Positions 16,876 through 26,485 of a DNA stretch of 64,000 bases are shown here, one piece after another. A program made the translations under genes and the position numbers. Under the pieces are notes generated by a model. It was not told the DNA's origin and did not search any database. It saw nothing but the letters and a program-made list of their open reading frames with translations. The stretch comes from Candidatus Poribacteria bacterium (GTDB lineage: Bacteria; Poribacteria; WGA-4E; WGA-3G), in assembly GCA_965198235.1 (NCBI GenBank), contig OZ240248.1:4128001-4192000 (forward strand), written 5' to 3'. Positions within the stretch are counted from its first letter, which is position 1. Every line of letters begins with the position of its first letter.

Positions 16876-19569
16876 CTATTTCAGATAAATCTCGCCGTCT
16901 AAATCAGAGAGGGTGTGTTGAACGCCGATGATACCACTTGCGACACCGGATACTTCCTCTGGTAAATGGATCTTCTGTGCTTTTCCGCTGCGATTGTAGA
17001 CCGCCCAACCGTTGGTGAATTCCCGAATGAACACGCCTTCGCAATTTCGATACAACTGCGATTTCTCACCGACGGGTTGACCGAGGTCGGCATCCCAGAA
17101 TGGATACCAATAGTGTTGGTGATTGTGATGATGCGATTTACCTTCTATATGGTCTATCTCATGTCCGGGCGAAATCTCGTATTCATGCTCATGGATTATG
17201 CCCGATATTCCGATGACGTAGCAAACGTAGCCATCAGAATGTGTCAAGCCCAGAGTCGTAATAACACGCATCATTTGCTGGTTCCGGGGAGAATCCGGCG
17301 GCTCAATCGGAATCCCTCGACCTTCAAGCGCATTTATTTGCGGTTCACGAAAGTTCTGCTCCGACCATAACAATGTGTTTTCAATCTCTCGGAGTTCGTC
17401 ATGAGTATACCCCGTATCACGTTCGTCCGGAATAATTTCCATGAACGTCCCATTAACGTAGGATGCAGAAAGCCGAGCTTTACTCCGTCCGGCATTGACA
17501 ACAATCAGAAAATCGTCATCAACTGCCTCACGAATACGACGCACCATAGATATTCTCGCCGACCACTCGGCTTCAACATCTCGATAATAGCCCCCTTTGT
17601 CATCTTCAAGCGTAGCCGTGTCTTCCTGCCACCTTCCCAAGTAGATACCGTCGTAGAGACCGCATTTCGCTACGGCGAGAGCTTTCTGAACGAGGATGTC
17701 TTGGACGACAGGGTGTGTGAAATCTATCAGGAAGGTTGAACCCCCAGCGTAAGCTGGAACTCGATCGCCGTTCTCATCTCTTATCCAATACGGCCAATCT
17801 TCTCTTATCCGATACGGCCACTCTTCAGGATAATCTTTAAGATCGACATCGGTGTAGCCAAGACTCACAAGTCTTATAAAGTTGGGATTTTGTGAAAGAA
17901 GATACTCTCTTGTCCCATCAGCATCGTCTACTCTACCAAAGAGTCGCAGCCCTTCAGATGTAGGCTGCCATTGTAGGTGAAACCCGGGTCCACTCCGAAA
18001 TAGATCGTGATATATGAGTCTCTCATCAGCAGATAAGTTTGGTAAGTTGAGAATAGAGTGACCCGCCCATGCGGTAAAGATCGAAGGGTAATCTCTATCT
18101 TTGATACGAGGTTCCACTGCAATCCTCGATATATCATCATCACAGACCCGAAAATTGCCATGCTTGTGTAACACCTCTAAGTGAGTCAACCCATCAATGG
18201 GCGAAAAATCCCTAATATCATTATTCTCTATCAACAAATTTTTGAGATTGACTAACCCTGCGAGCGGTGAAATATCTTCAATTTGGTTCCTCCAAATGTG
18301 TAAAGTCTCTAAACGCGTGAGTGTTACGAGTGGACGTAGGTCTGAAATCTGGTTGCCTCCCAAATCAATAAAAACAAGTCCCGTTAGCCCAGACAAAGGA
18401 GATATATCGTGAATCTTGTTCTCTATCAGAACAAGTGCCTGCAAATCAGTCGCATGCTCTAAACCTGTAAGATCGACAATCCCTTTGTCTCGCACATCAA
18501 GGGCTGTTAAGTGTTGAAGATCCACTGGTGTCAATAGGTGGTGTGCTGGAAGATCAAGCGTTTCTCGGACAGCCTGTCGGAGCGCGGAGTCCGGCATCCA
18601 CTGTGCCTCAGAAAGTCTGAGTGAATCTTTTGAGGCATTGGGTGTTAAATTCCTCTCGGAATCGTGTAAGCCGGCACTGTTGCTTTTACTGATGGTGGTA
18701 GTTTGTCCAATCTGATTTCGCACGGATGGTTTTGCGTCAGTCTCGAGGACGATAGGTGCGTCAATAATTTCAACGGTAGGTGCGGATTCAGCCTCAAAAC
18801 TATAGGGTCTCTGAAAATGTGCAAGGTATTGGTTGCTAACACCAAGCATCAATAGGGTTACTAAAACCACAGCGGCACCAAAAGCCACCCATGGCAACAA
18901 CGGTTCCATTTTCGGAGAGGGTGTTGGTTTCATGTCAACAACTTCCCGCATAATGTTCTGCTTTATACTCGCCGATATCTGCACGCCACCGAGAACTTCT
19001 TGGATCAAGAGTTCTTCTGCTTCTCGTAACCGTTTTCGGGCACGATGCAGCCGAGTCCTTATCGTCTCCGCTGACACCCCCAAGAATTTGCTAATTTCCT
19101 TCGTTGTCATTTCGCCGAGATAATAGAGCGTCATCACTGTACGTTCACTCTCCGGCAATTTTTCCAAAAGTTTTTTGACGATTTCAAAACGATGTTCGGT
19201 TGCTTCTGTCTCGCGCCGTTCCAATACGTAACGTGCATAAGCAGATTTCGCCACTTCTTCCACAGGTGTGTCCTCCAACGATTGCAATTGCATCGCAGGT
19301 TTTTGTTTGCGTAGCCAATTCAGACAAAGCCGATTCGCAATGACGTACAGCCACCCAAGAAACTGGCTCGGATTTCTCAGCGTTGAAAGGTTTTGATAGG
19401 CGCGGAGGAAGGTATCTTGTGTAATTTCTTCTGCGTAGTGGAAATCACCGATTTTCCGCCACACAAGGGCGTGAACGCTTTTTTGGTATTTTTCAACTAA
19501 AGTGTTGAATGCCGCGTCATCGCCTGACAAAACGGCATGAATCAACTGAACATCGTCTTCTCTTTTCAC
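16876..19569 (-). CDS. ECF sigma factor fused to a TM helix, LRR and a putative glycoside-hydrolase-like domain
   Basis: Sigma region 2 (AEEITQDTFLRAY, WLYVIANR), region 4 (LPESERTV...RLHRARKRL), TM, LRRs, IDFTHP...YDGIY. Confidence 0.85.
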   Translation of the reverse strand: MKREDDVQLIHAVLSGDDAAFNTLVEKYQKSVHALVWRKIGDFHYAEEITQDTFLRAYQNLSTLRNPSQFLGWLYVIANRLCLNWLRKQKPAMQLQSLEDTPVEEVAKSAYARYVLERRETEATEHRFEIVKKLLEKLPESERTVMTLYYLGEMTTKEISKFLGVSAETIRTRLHRARKRLREAEELLIQEVLGGVQISASIKQNIMREVVDMKPTPSPKMEPLLPWVAFGAAVVLVTLLMLGVSNQYLAHFQRPYSFEAESAPTVEIIDAPIVLETDAKPSVRNQIGQTTTISKSNSAGLHDSERNLTPNASKDSLRLSEAQWMPDSALRQAVRETLDLPAHHLLTPVDLQHLTALDVRDKGIVDLTGLEHATDLQALVLIENKIHDISPLSGLTGLVFIDLGGNQISDLRPLVTLTRLETLHIWRNQIEDISPLAGLVNLKNLLIENNDIRDFSPIDGLTHLEVLHKHGNFRVCDDDISRIAVEPRIKDRDYPSIFTAWAGHSILNLPNLSADERLIYHDLFRSGPGFHLQWQPTSEGLRLFGRVDDADGTREYLLSQNPNFIRLVSLGYTDVDLKDYPEEWPYRIREDWPYWIRDENGDRVPAYAGGSTFLIDFTHPVVQDILVQKALAVAKCGLYDGIYLGRWQEDTATLEDDKGGYYRDVEAEWSARISMVRRIREAVDDDFLIVVNAGRSKARLSASYVNGTFMEIIPDERDTGYTHDELREIENTLLWSEQNFREPQINALEGRGIPIEPPDSPRNQQMMRVITTLGLTHSDGYVCYVIGISGIIHEHEYEISPGHEIDHIEGKSHHHNHQHYWYPFWDADLGQPVGEKSQLYRNCEGVFIREFTNGWAVYNRSGKAQKIHLPEEVSGVASGIIGVQHTLSDLDGEIYLK

Positions 19570-19694
19570 GGAGCTCCCTCCTCACGAACAGATTCGGCAG
19601 TGTTGACATCCACTGAAACGTCCAATTCGGTACTGAGTCTCGGACTTTGTGCAATGCAACACAGTTCACACAATTGTGTTATGACAATATTAAA

Positions 19695-19721
19695 GACACA
19701 ATTTTTACGCAAAACGTTACA
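19695..19721 (-). promoter_or_regulatory. putative ECF-type (auto)promoter
   Basis: TGTAAC-17 nt-TGTC upstream of the ECF gene. Confidence 0.4.
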
Positions 19722-19785
19722 TCAGGTGAAAAAAAGAATTTATCAGAAGGGAATTTACGATTTTGGGGAGAGAAAATATGTTTTT

Positions 19786-20133
19786 CTATGGTGAGTTGAT
19801 GAAGACATCTAAGGTAGTTTGACTATCAGTTTCAGGATTAAACGTGAACAGTCCTTCATTTTGTGATGCTCTAGGCGTTTGCCCTCCTTTGCGGCGATGA
19901 GAAAATCTATCGAAACGGGCAATGAAATCGTTATATATTTTTTTGTCTGGACCTTTCGGGACTCTGTTCTTCAAACCACGTAGAATTTCCCTGGCCAAAT
20001 GGGCCAAAAGATGGGCAGCGGTTTCAAACTCATCGGACTCTCTCATGCGAACCCAATCCGAGTAGAAATCGGCTATATCGGGATCAATAGTTCTCAGCAA
20101 TGCGCTGTGTCTTTCGTCAAATTTGTTACTCAT
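19786..20133 (-). CDS. hypothetical protein, possibly truncated
   Basis: 115-aa ORF with SD GGAG; helical N-terminus AAHLLAHLAREI. Confidence 0.5.
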   Translation of the reverse strand: MSNKFDERHSALLRTIDPDIADFYSDWVRMRESDEFETAAHLLAHLAREILRGLKNRVPKGPDKKIYNDFIARFDRFSHRRKGGQTPRASQNEGLFTFNPETDSQTTLDVFINSP

Positions 20134-20224
20134 ACTTCATCTCCAAGCAAACAATTTTCTTCTGTTAAACAAAAGTAAGACGAGGTAAAGAAAACCTCGC
20201 CTTACGGATAAATCAGGGATAAAC

Positions 20225-20848
20225 TTACTTGCGTTCAGGTTGTGTTTCCATCGCCGGATAGATTTCTATATCCGATCGCGTGATGAGTACACCGACGTAG
20301 AAAGTCAACCAGTCCCCACAAAGTTCAATAGACATGTACTCGTCGTTATCACTGGCGTATTCGTGGAGTTCAACCTCGAACTTCTCTTCCCCTTCGGCAT
20401 TGGTAAGGGTGAGCGTTGCGGGGACAACATCCTGTCGGTTATATTCGACAGCGATGTCTTCTCCCTCACTGTCTGGATTTGGAAAATAGAGGGTCATCGC
20501 ATCCGGCAACGGATCGCCGAGTTCACACTCATCGTCAACAATCCATCGGGAAATCTCGTAGTCGTCCTTAGTTCCAGCGACATGATCGACCCCGATAACG
20601 ACTTCCTCCTCCGCGTCACGGACGTGATACATATAACGACGGAGACTGTCACCTTCATATTTCTTACGTATGACCAGTTTGAAGGCGTGCGAAGTATCGC
20701 CCGTCTCCTCATAAGTGACGAGGTCGGAGAGTTCAATCATGCTATCAAGCGGAATGTCGACTAACTCGTGCCGCTCCGGTTTCTTGGGTTCAGCGTCCTT
20801 TCGTCTACCAAACAGGGATTTGCCATCTTTTCTGCCAAATAGTGCCAT
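20225..20848 (-). CDS. acidic protein, DUF4178/DUF2491(YjfK)-like
   Basis: N-terminal LFGRK/LFGRR repeat; C-terminal ...MSIEL...FYVGVLITRSDIEI; 3 nt after the upstream gene. Confidence 0.5.
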   Translation of the reverse strand: MALFGRKDGKSLFGRRKDAEPKKPERHELVDIPLDSMIELSDLVTYEETGDTSHAFKLVIRKKYEGDSLRRYMYHVRDAEEEVVIGVDHVAGTKDDYEISRWIVDDECELGDPLPDAMTLYFPNPDSEGEDIAVEYNRQDVVPATLTLTNAEGEEKFEVELHEYASDNDEYMSIELCGDWLTFYVGVLITRSDIEIYPAMETQPERK

Positions 20849-20851
20849 GTT

Positions 20852-21952
20852 TCACCTAAAAATAACCTTGTTATACATCACTAACACAATCACGCCAACA
20901 ACGAGGATACTTCCGAAGATAAGCAGGAACCAAGTCCCCCCCGATGCCCTCTTCTGGACAACAACGGTTCGTGTGGCAGGTGGCGCGCGCGTCGTACTTG
21001 TTGTAGTCGCCGGTGTTGTTACCGTAGGTGTTTCCTCAGCAGCGGCAAGGAGCTCCGACTTCAATGCCTCTTCATCTGGCAGCTCATCAACAGTGAAAGC
21101 CTCTGCACCTTCCCCATAAAACGCATCAGGGTTCTCCTCAACGTAACTTGCGGCATAATCCTCATCGCGGTTCGTGTCCGGATCTACGTAATTCGGGTTT
21201 GACTCAATACCTTGGTTCTCGTAATAGTCTCTGTAGTACTCATACTCCGCCTGTTTTTTAGCATCCCAATGCGAGCGGTCGTAGTCTCGATGGTGGTAAT
21301 GCCACAAGTAACTATGGCGAATCGAATGGTTGTAATAATCATGGAAATAGATGCCGAACATGAGGTTGTTAAACGCCATGGATGCACCCATACCGTACAT
21401 TGAATATCCCATCATGGGATAGTAACCACCGAAGTTATTGACGTTAATCGTTTGGCGTCCGTCTCGGCGAGCGCGTGCAGTTTGACGGTTCGCTGTTCTG
21501 TTCTGACGTTTCAAACTACGGTTTTCTGCTTTGAGTTGTCGAACCTGTTTCCGATTTTGCGCTTTCACCTGCCGTTGCTGGCCGCGCGTTGCATTCCGAG
21601 TCGCAGTCGTGTTTCGATTTGTTGAGGTCGTTGCTTTTGCACGACTCGTCGCAGTCTGTCTTTGGCGTGCTGTGGTGCTGGCACGCGTTCCGGTGCTTCT
21701 TGACGCGCTACTTCTGCTATAAGTGCTGCCCGTGCTACGGGTCGTTCGTGTTGAAGTTCGAGGACTGCTATAGGTACGCCTCGGTGTGGAACTCCGCCGA
21801 CTCGAGCTGCGGCTATAACTCCGGCTGCGACTGAAACTCCGTCCCCCCCGAAAACCACCACCGCGGCGGCTCTCTACGATATCCGGTGCCAAACTAAATA
21901 AAAAGACAACCAAAACCGCAAGGATTGAGAATTTTTGAAATTTACGTTTCAC
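20852..21952 (-). CDS. exported low-complexity (R/S/T-rich) protein with a C-terminal TM anchor
   Basis: GTG start after AAGGAGG; signal peptide, RRGGGFRGGRSFSRS, C-terminal hydrophobic helix. Confidence 0.75.
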   Translation of the reverse strand: MKRKFQKFSILAVLVVFLFSLAPDIVESRRGGGFRGGRSFSRSRSYSRSSSRRSSTPRRTYSSPRTSTRTTRSTGSTYSRSSASRSTGTRASTTARQRQTATSRAKATTSTNRNTTATRNATRGQQRQVKAQNRKQVRQLKAENRSLKRQNRTANRQTARARRDGRQTINVNNFGGYYPMMGYSMYGMGASMAFNNLMFGIYFHDYYNHSIRHSYLWHYHHRDYDRSHWDAKKQAEYEYYRDYYENQGIESNPNYVDPDTNRDEDYAASYVEENPDAFYGEGAEAFTVDELPDEEALKSELLAAAEETPTVTTPATTTSTTRAPPATRTVVVQKRASGGTWFLLIFGSILVVGVIVLVMYNKVIFR

Positions 21953-21990
21953 TCTGATTTTCCTCCTTAGATTTTTTTCATTGAAAAAAC

Positions 21991-22019
21991 TTGACAAAAG
22001 ACACTGATTTTGTTAAAAT
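21991..22019 (+). promoter_or_regulatory. sigma70 promoter of the tRNA gene
   Basis: TTGACA-17 nt-TAAAAT. Confidence 0.75.
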
Positions 22020-22079
22020 TAAAGATATATCTAAATCGGGGCGGTTTCGTTTACTTAACCTCCCTGAGCATAGATTCAT

Positions 22080-22153
<74 letters not shown>

Positions 22154-22216
22154 TTCTTTCTTTTTAATGGACGTGCAAGTCACATTCTCACTGCACGAAA
22201 CCTTATATCCACCATT

Positions 22217-23141
22217 GTGATACCACCCACACGCTAAAGCGTGGGGAGCTTCGGTTTCATAGCAACTGCGTTCTCACCAAAGGTTTGAACGTCTTATTGT
22301 CGCTCCACCTACAGGCTATTATCCTGTATTAGAACAGGTTTATCGTGTATCAAGACACGGGTACCCCAGCCTGCCAAATAACGTTCGCAGCATTTATATC
22401 CCTATCATGAGACGTGCTGCAAGAAGGACAGGTCCAATACCTGTCGGAGGGTTCAAAATCCTCGCAGACGAGCGTCAGAGAGTAATCACCGGCAGAATCG
22501 CGTTTGACGGTGACGGTCTTGATCGTGCCTGTGCATTCGCGGTGTTTCCAAAAGGTAAATGATTTTTTTAGACCCCCGATATAGATACGGTTACCTTCTA
22601 TTTTGAAACCCGCTTGTGTGAACGTCAATGAGTTATACTTGTGCTTCGCTTTGATTTTCGGACGACCGACTTTGCGTCGCGTTTTACCGCGTTTACGGTC
22701 TTCGATATTCTCAAAGAAATGCTGATAGCCGCTATCCATACGGATAGCAACGTCTTGGATAACTTGACTCGGCAGTTGATTCCAATGGGGTTTTGTCCGT
22801 TTCTTGAGTTTGGTGATACGCTTGAGGATACGAGAAAGCGATATGTACCCGCCAAAGCGACGGTAATATCGCCTTTGGAGTTTCAGTAAATGCACATGCA
22901 CCTCATGCAAATCATCTATCAGATTACCAACCTGTATCAAGTTAGATTGGTGAGACATCTCGTATTGAAACGTCTTACACGGTTTTTTGGAACGTCTACG
23001 CATTTTTTCGGATTCTCAATAGAGCCTTTGATAACTTCCAAGGGTAACACCACCACAGGAAAGGTAATGTCAATTATTTTTTACGGGTTATCGCTCGTCT
23101 ACATCCCCCAAGCTAAAGCATCGGGATTCGACGAGGGAACG
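22217..23141 (-). mobile_element. IS200/IS605-family tnpB-only element, internally deleted
   Basis: Left-end hairpin ATCCCGATGCTTTAGCTTGGGGGAT after TTTAA; right-end hairpin CCCACGCTTTAGCGTGTGGG ending in TCAC; no tnpA. Confidence 0.8.
22350..23003 (-). pseudogene. tnpB: TnpB with an in-frame internal deletion
   Basis: N-terminal TnpB region (SQVIQD, GRPKIK, IKTVTVKRD) joined directly to WTCPSCSTSHDRDINAA; RuvC-I/II segments absent. Confidence 0.85.
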
Positions 23142-23199
23142 TTAAAGACTATGCTAACATTAATTAAGAGAGTTGTCAAGAATATTTGAAAGGAACAAC

Positions 23200-24084
23200 A
23201 TGGCACTTGATGTCCGAGATGGACGATTAACGGATCTGGTTGACCCAGAAGCAGCTGTTGAACAAATAGCAACAGGATGCCAATTCACCGAGGGACCGCT
23301 CTGGCACGCTACAGAGCAGTTTCTGCTTTTTAGCGATATTCCTGCAAACACGATGCGGAAATGGGATGCCCACGCTGGAATGACTGTTTTTCGTGAACCC
23401 TCCGGAAAGTCAAACGGTTTGACTTACGATAAAGGCGGACACCTCATCGCCTGTGAACACGCAAACCGACGGGTCTCGAGAACAACAGCAGACGGACAAG
23501 TTATCACAATCGCATCACACTATCAGGGAAAACGCTTGAACAGTCCGAACGATGTCATTGTGAAATCCGATGGAAGCATCTATTTCACCGATCCGCCTTA
23601 CGGGTTAAACGCAGCCTACGGCGTTGAATCAGAGAAGGAACTCGACTTTCAAGGTGTCTATCGCCTCTCCCCAAACGGTGAGACACTGACCCTTCTCGTC
23701 GACGACTTTGATAGACCCAACGGTATCTGCTTTTCACCAGACGAGTCCATCCTCTACATTAACGACACCGAGCGGATGCATGTGCGCGCCTTTGATGTGC
23801 AACCCGACGGCACAATCACAAACGACCGCATCTTCGGTGAAGAGGAAGGGGATAACGGAAAACCGGACGGGATGAAAGTCGATACGCAGGGAAATGTTTA
23901 TTTAACAGGTCCCGACGGTATTTGGGTTTTCGCACCTGACGGAACACATCTCGGAATTATCCTCGTTCCTGAGCGCGCGGCGAACTTGGCATGGGGTGGA
24001 GATGACTGGAAAAGCCTTTTCATCACGGCGAGCACCTCCGTTTATCGCGTAGAATGCAAGACAGTAGGAGTCGCAGTGCCATAA
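23200..24084 (+). CDS. SMP-30/gluconolactonase/LRE family protein
   Basis: FTEGPLW, LNSPND, RPNGICFSPD, PDGMKVD. Confidence 0.92.
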   Translation: MALDVRDGRLTDLVDPEAAVEQIATGCQFTEGPLWHATEQFLLFSDIPANTMRKWDAHAGMTVFREPSGKSNGLTYDKGGHLIACEHANRRVSRTTADGQVITIASHYQGKRLNSPNDVIVKSDGSIYFTDPPYGLNAAYGVESEKELDFQGVYRLSPNGETLTLLVDDFDRPNGICFSPDESILYINDTERMHVRAFDVQPDGTITNDRIFGEEEGDNGKPDGMKVDTQGNVYLTGPDGIWVFAPDGTHLGIILVPERAANLAWGGDDWKSLFITASTSVYRVECKTVGVAVP

Positions 24085-24089
24085 CACCC

Positions 24090-24521
24090 ATGAAAATCAA
24101 TATCAAACGCATTGACAAAACGCTGCCGTTGCCGAAATACGAAACCGCCGGCTCCGTCGGCTTCGATCTGATTTGTCGGGAATCAGCAGAGATTGCACCA
24201 CAGTCCATCGTCCTCATCCCCGCGAACGTTATCGTTGAAACACCCCCCGGTTATATGCTGATGGTATGTTTGCGAAGTAGCACACCGCGCAAATTCGGCT
24301 TGATGATGCCACAAGGTGTCGGCAGTGTTGACAACGATTATTGTGGTGAAGAGGACGAACTGAAAATTCAGGTTTACAACTTCACAGACAGCATCGTTAA
24401 CGTTGAAAGAGGCAGTCGCATCGCACAAGCCATTTTCGTGCGTGTAGACACAGCAGAATGGAATGAGGTCGAACAGATGTCTGCCGCCTCCAGAGGCGGA
24501 TTCGGTAGCACAGATCGGTAG
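24090..24521 (+). CDS. dut: trimeric dUTPase
   Basis: GFDL, LRSS, VDNDYCG, RIAQ, RGGFGST. Confidence 0.93.
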   Translation: MKINIKRIDKTLPLPKYETAGSVGFDLICRESAEIAPQSIVLIPANVIVETPPGYMLMVCLRSSTPRKFGLMMPQGVGSVDNDYCGEEDELKIQVYNFTDSIVNVERGSRIAQAIFVRVDTAEWNEVEQMSAASRGGFGSTDR

Positions 24522-24590
24522 ACATGGAATAGGATATAGTAACGATTTTGAGAGGTTTGGTCTGAAGGAGGAATCCACAAAGAGGCAGCC

Positions 24591-25388
24591 ATGGAACAGT
24601 ATATAGAAGGACTTCGACAGATATTAGACACCGGCGTTGACCGTGAAGGTAGAAACGCCGTAACTCGCGCACTGTTCGGCATGCAAATGCGATACAATCT
24701 CGAAGACGGGTTCCCCGCCGTAACCACCAAAAAACTCGCGTTCCGGTCAGTAAAAGCGGAACTCTTAGGTTTTTTGCGAGGTTACGATCATGTCAAGCAG
24801 TTTCAAAAACTTGGCACACAGATATGGAACGCAAACGCTGAAGCATGGGGACGTGAGGGTTCCCTTGGACGTATATACGGGGTCCAATGGCGACGGTGGA
24901 AAACGGAAGACGGCACGATAGACCAATTAGGGGATGTCATCAAACAGATCCAAACCAATCCGCATAGTCGTAGACATGTTGTTTCAGCATGGAATGCCGC
25001 AGAATTAGATGAGATGGCACTCGAACCGTGCCATGTGTTATACCAATTCTTTGTAGCGGATGGCAAATTGTCGATGCAGACGTATCTGCGGAGTTGCGAT
25101 ATGTTCTTAGGGGTCCCATTCAATATCGCGTCGTATTCACTCCTCCTGCACATGGTGGCTCAGGTAACAGGGTTAACGCCGAGCGAGTTTGTCCTCACCT
25201 TAGGCGACGCGCACATCTATCGCGAACACTTTGAAGCCGTCAAAACCCAATTGAAACGGTGCCCTTACCCGCTTCCACGACTTGAACTGAATCCGAAGAT
25301 CAAGTCGATCGACGCTTTCAAGATGCAACACATTCAATTGATAGACTACCAATATCACGGGACTATTCGCGCGCCTATGATTGTCTGA
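24591..25388 (+). CDS. thyA: thymidylate synthase
   Basis: PHSRRH, LEPCH, RSCDMFLGVPFNIASY, DAHIY. Confidence 0.97.
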   Translation: MEQYIEGLRQILDTGVDREGRNAVTRALFGMQMRYNLEDGFPAVTTKKLAFRSVKAELLGFLRGYDHVKQFQKLGTQIWNANAEAWGREGSLGRIYGVQWRRWKTEDGTIDQLGDVIKQIQTNPHSRRHVVSAWNAAELDEMALEPCHVLYQFFVADGKLSMQTYLRSCDMFLGVPFNIASYSLLLHMVAQVTGLTPSEFVLTLGDAHIYREHFEAVKTQLKRCPYPLPRLELNPKIKSIDAFKMQHIQLIDYQYHGTIRAPMIV

Positions 25389-25480
25389 AAGCGGAATTAA
25401 AGCAGCAAAAACAAAAAGGCAGATACTTCTCGCAGATACTTCTCATCATAAGTCTGACGAGAACAGTATTTAGGAAGAGA

Positions 25481-25984
25481 ATGACAAAGAAAAAACGAAA
25501 TCAGGGCAATTTCGACAATTTAGAACAGAACGGTAACCCCCCAGGCACAGACGAACTTACGCTGGCAGAGGAAGCGGGATTTCTCATTCAAATCGCTTTT
25601 GAGGAATTTGAAGAGATTATAATCAATTACCCGCATCACGCTGCCTACTGCTTCGCATCGATTACCCGTTTAGTGGATACAACCGAGAATCTGTCGCACT
25701 TCGCACGACGGTTAGGAATGTGGCTCTGGATAGAAGTTCTCGCTTTTCAAATCGAAGAACCTCTCGATCTCACGGAATTCGTCGAACAGTTTGAAATCGA
25801 TCTGGAGACCATCCAAACCGGGATTAACGAACTTGTGAACGCGGAAGATTTTGAGATTGAATGGGAACAGGAAAAGCAAATCAAACTCGTACCTCGTATG
25901 TCAAAAGAGACAGTAATCCATTTTGCTGAACGGGTCTTGAGTGGGATAAGGGCAGGAAAACACGAGGAAGGAGCAGAACCCTAA
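25481..25984 (+). CDS. hypothetical acidic protein
   Basis: 167-aa ORF ending 2 nt before folA. Confidence 0.7.
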   Translation: MTKKKRNQGNFDNLEQNGNPPGTDELTLAEEAGFLIQIAFEEFEEIIINYPHHAAYCFASITRLVDTTENLSHFARRLGMWLWIEVLAFQIEEPLDLTEFVEQFEIDLETIQTGINELVNAEDFEIEWEQEKQIKLVPRMSKETVIHFAERVLSGIRAGKHEEGAEP

Positions 25985-25986
25985 AA

Positions 25987-26475
25987 ATGGTAGTTTCAAT
26001 GATTGCCGCGATGGATAACAATCGGCTTATCGGTAATGGACCGGATATCCCATGGCAGATGCCAGCCGATCGACGGCATTTCCGTGATATGACAATCGGG
26101 AAGCCCGTCGTTATGGGACGTAAGACCTTTGAAACGCTTAAACGTCCTCTGGGCAAGCGGCGCAACATCGTTCTCACACGAAATAGGACTTACGAGGCAC
26201 CGAAAGGTTGTATCGTCGCACATTCGGTGGAAGAGATTCTCAAACTTTGTGAAGAAACAGAAGAGCTCATGATCTGTGGCGGTGCACCTATCTACGAAGC
26301 CTTTCTACCGCACGCCAACCGACTCTATCTTACGCAGGTCCACGCGACATTCAAAGGCGATGTCTATTTTCCCGCATTTGATATGGACGCGTGGCAAGAA
26401 GTAAAGCGTATTGATGGTGAACCTGATGAGAAAAATCCTTATCCTTACAGTTTTTTGTTTTTAGAAAAAAAATAG
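25987..26475 (+). CDS. folA: dihydrofolate reductase
   Basis: IPWQMPAD, MGRKTF, RPLGKRRN, ICGGA, GDVYFP. Confidence 0.96.
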   Translation: MVVSMIAAMDNNRLIGNGPDIPWQMPADRRHFRDMTIGKPVVMGRKTFETLKRPLGKRRNIVLTRNRTYEAPKGCIVAHSVEEILKLCEETEELMICGGAPIYEAFLPHANRLYLTQVHATFKGDVYFPAFDMDAWQEVKRIDGEPDEKNPYPYSFLFLEKK

Positions 26476-26485
26476 GAGCAGATCC

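Noticed and set aside
22323-22338. CCTGT-N6-ACAGG as a LexA box
   Set aside because: Spacing does not fit CTGT-N8-ACAG and the site is at a gene 3' end.
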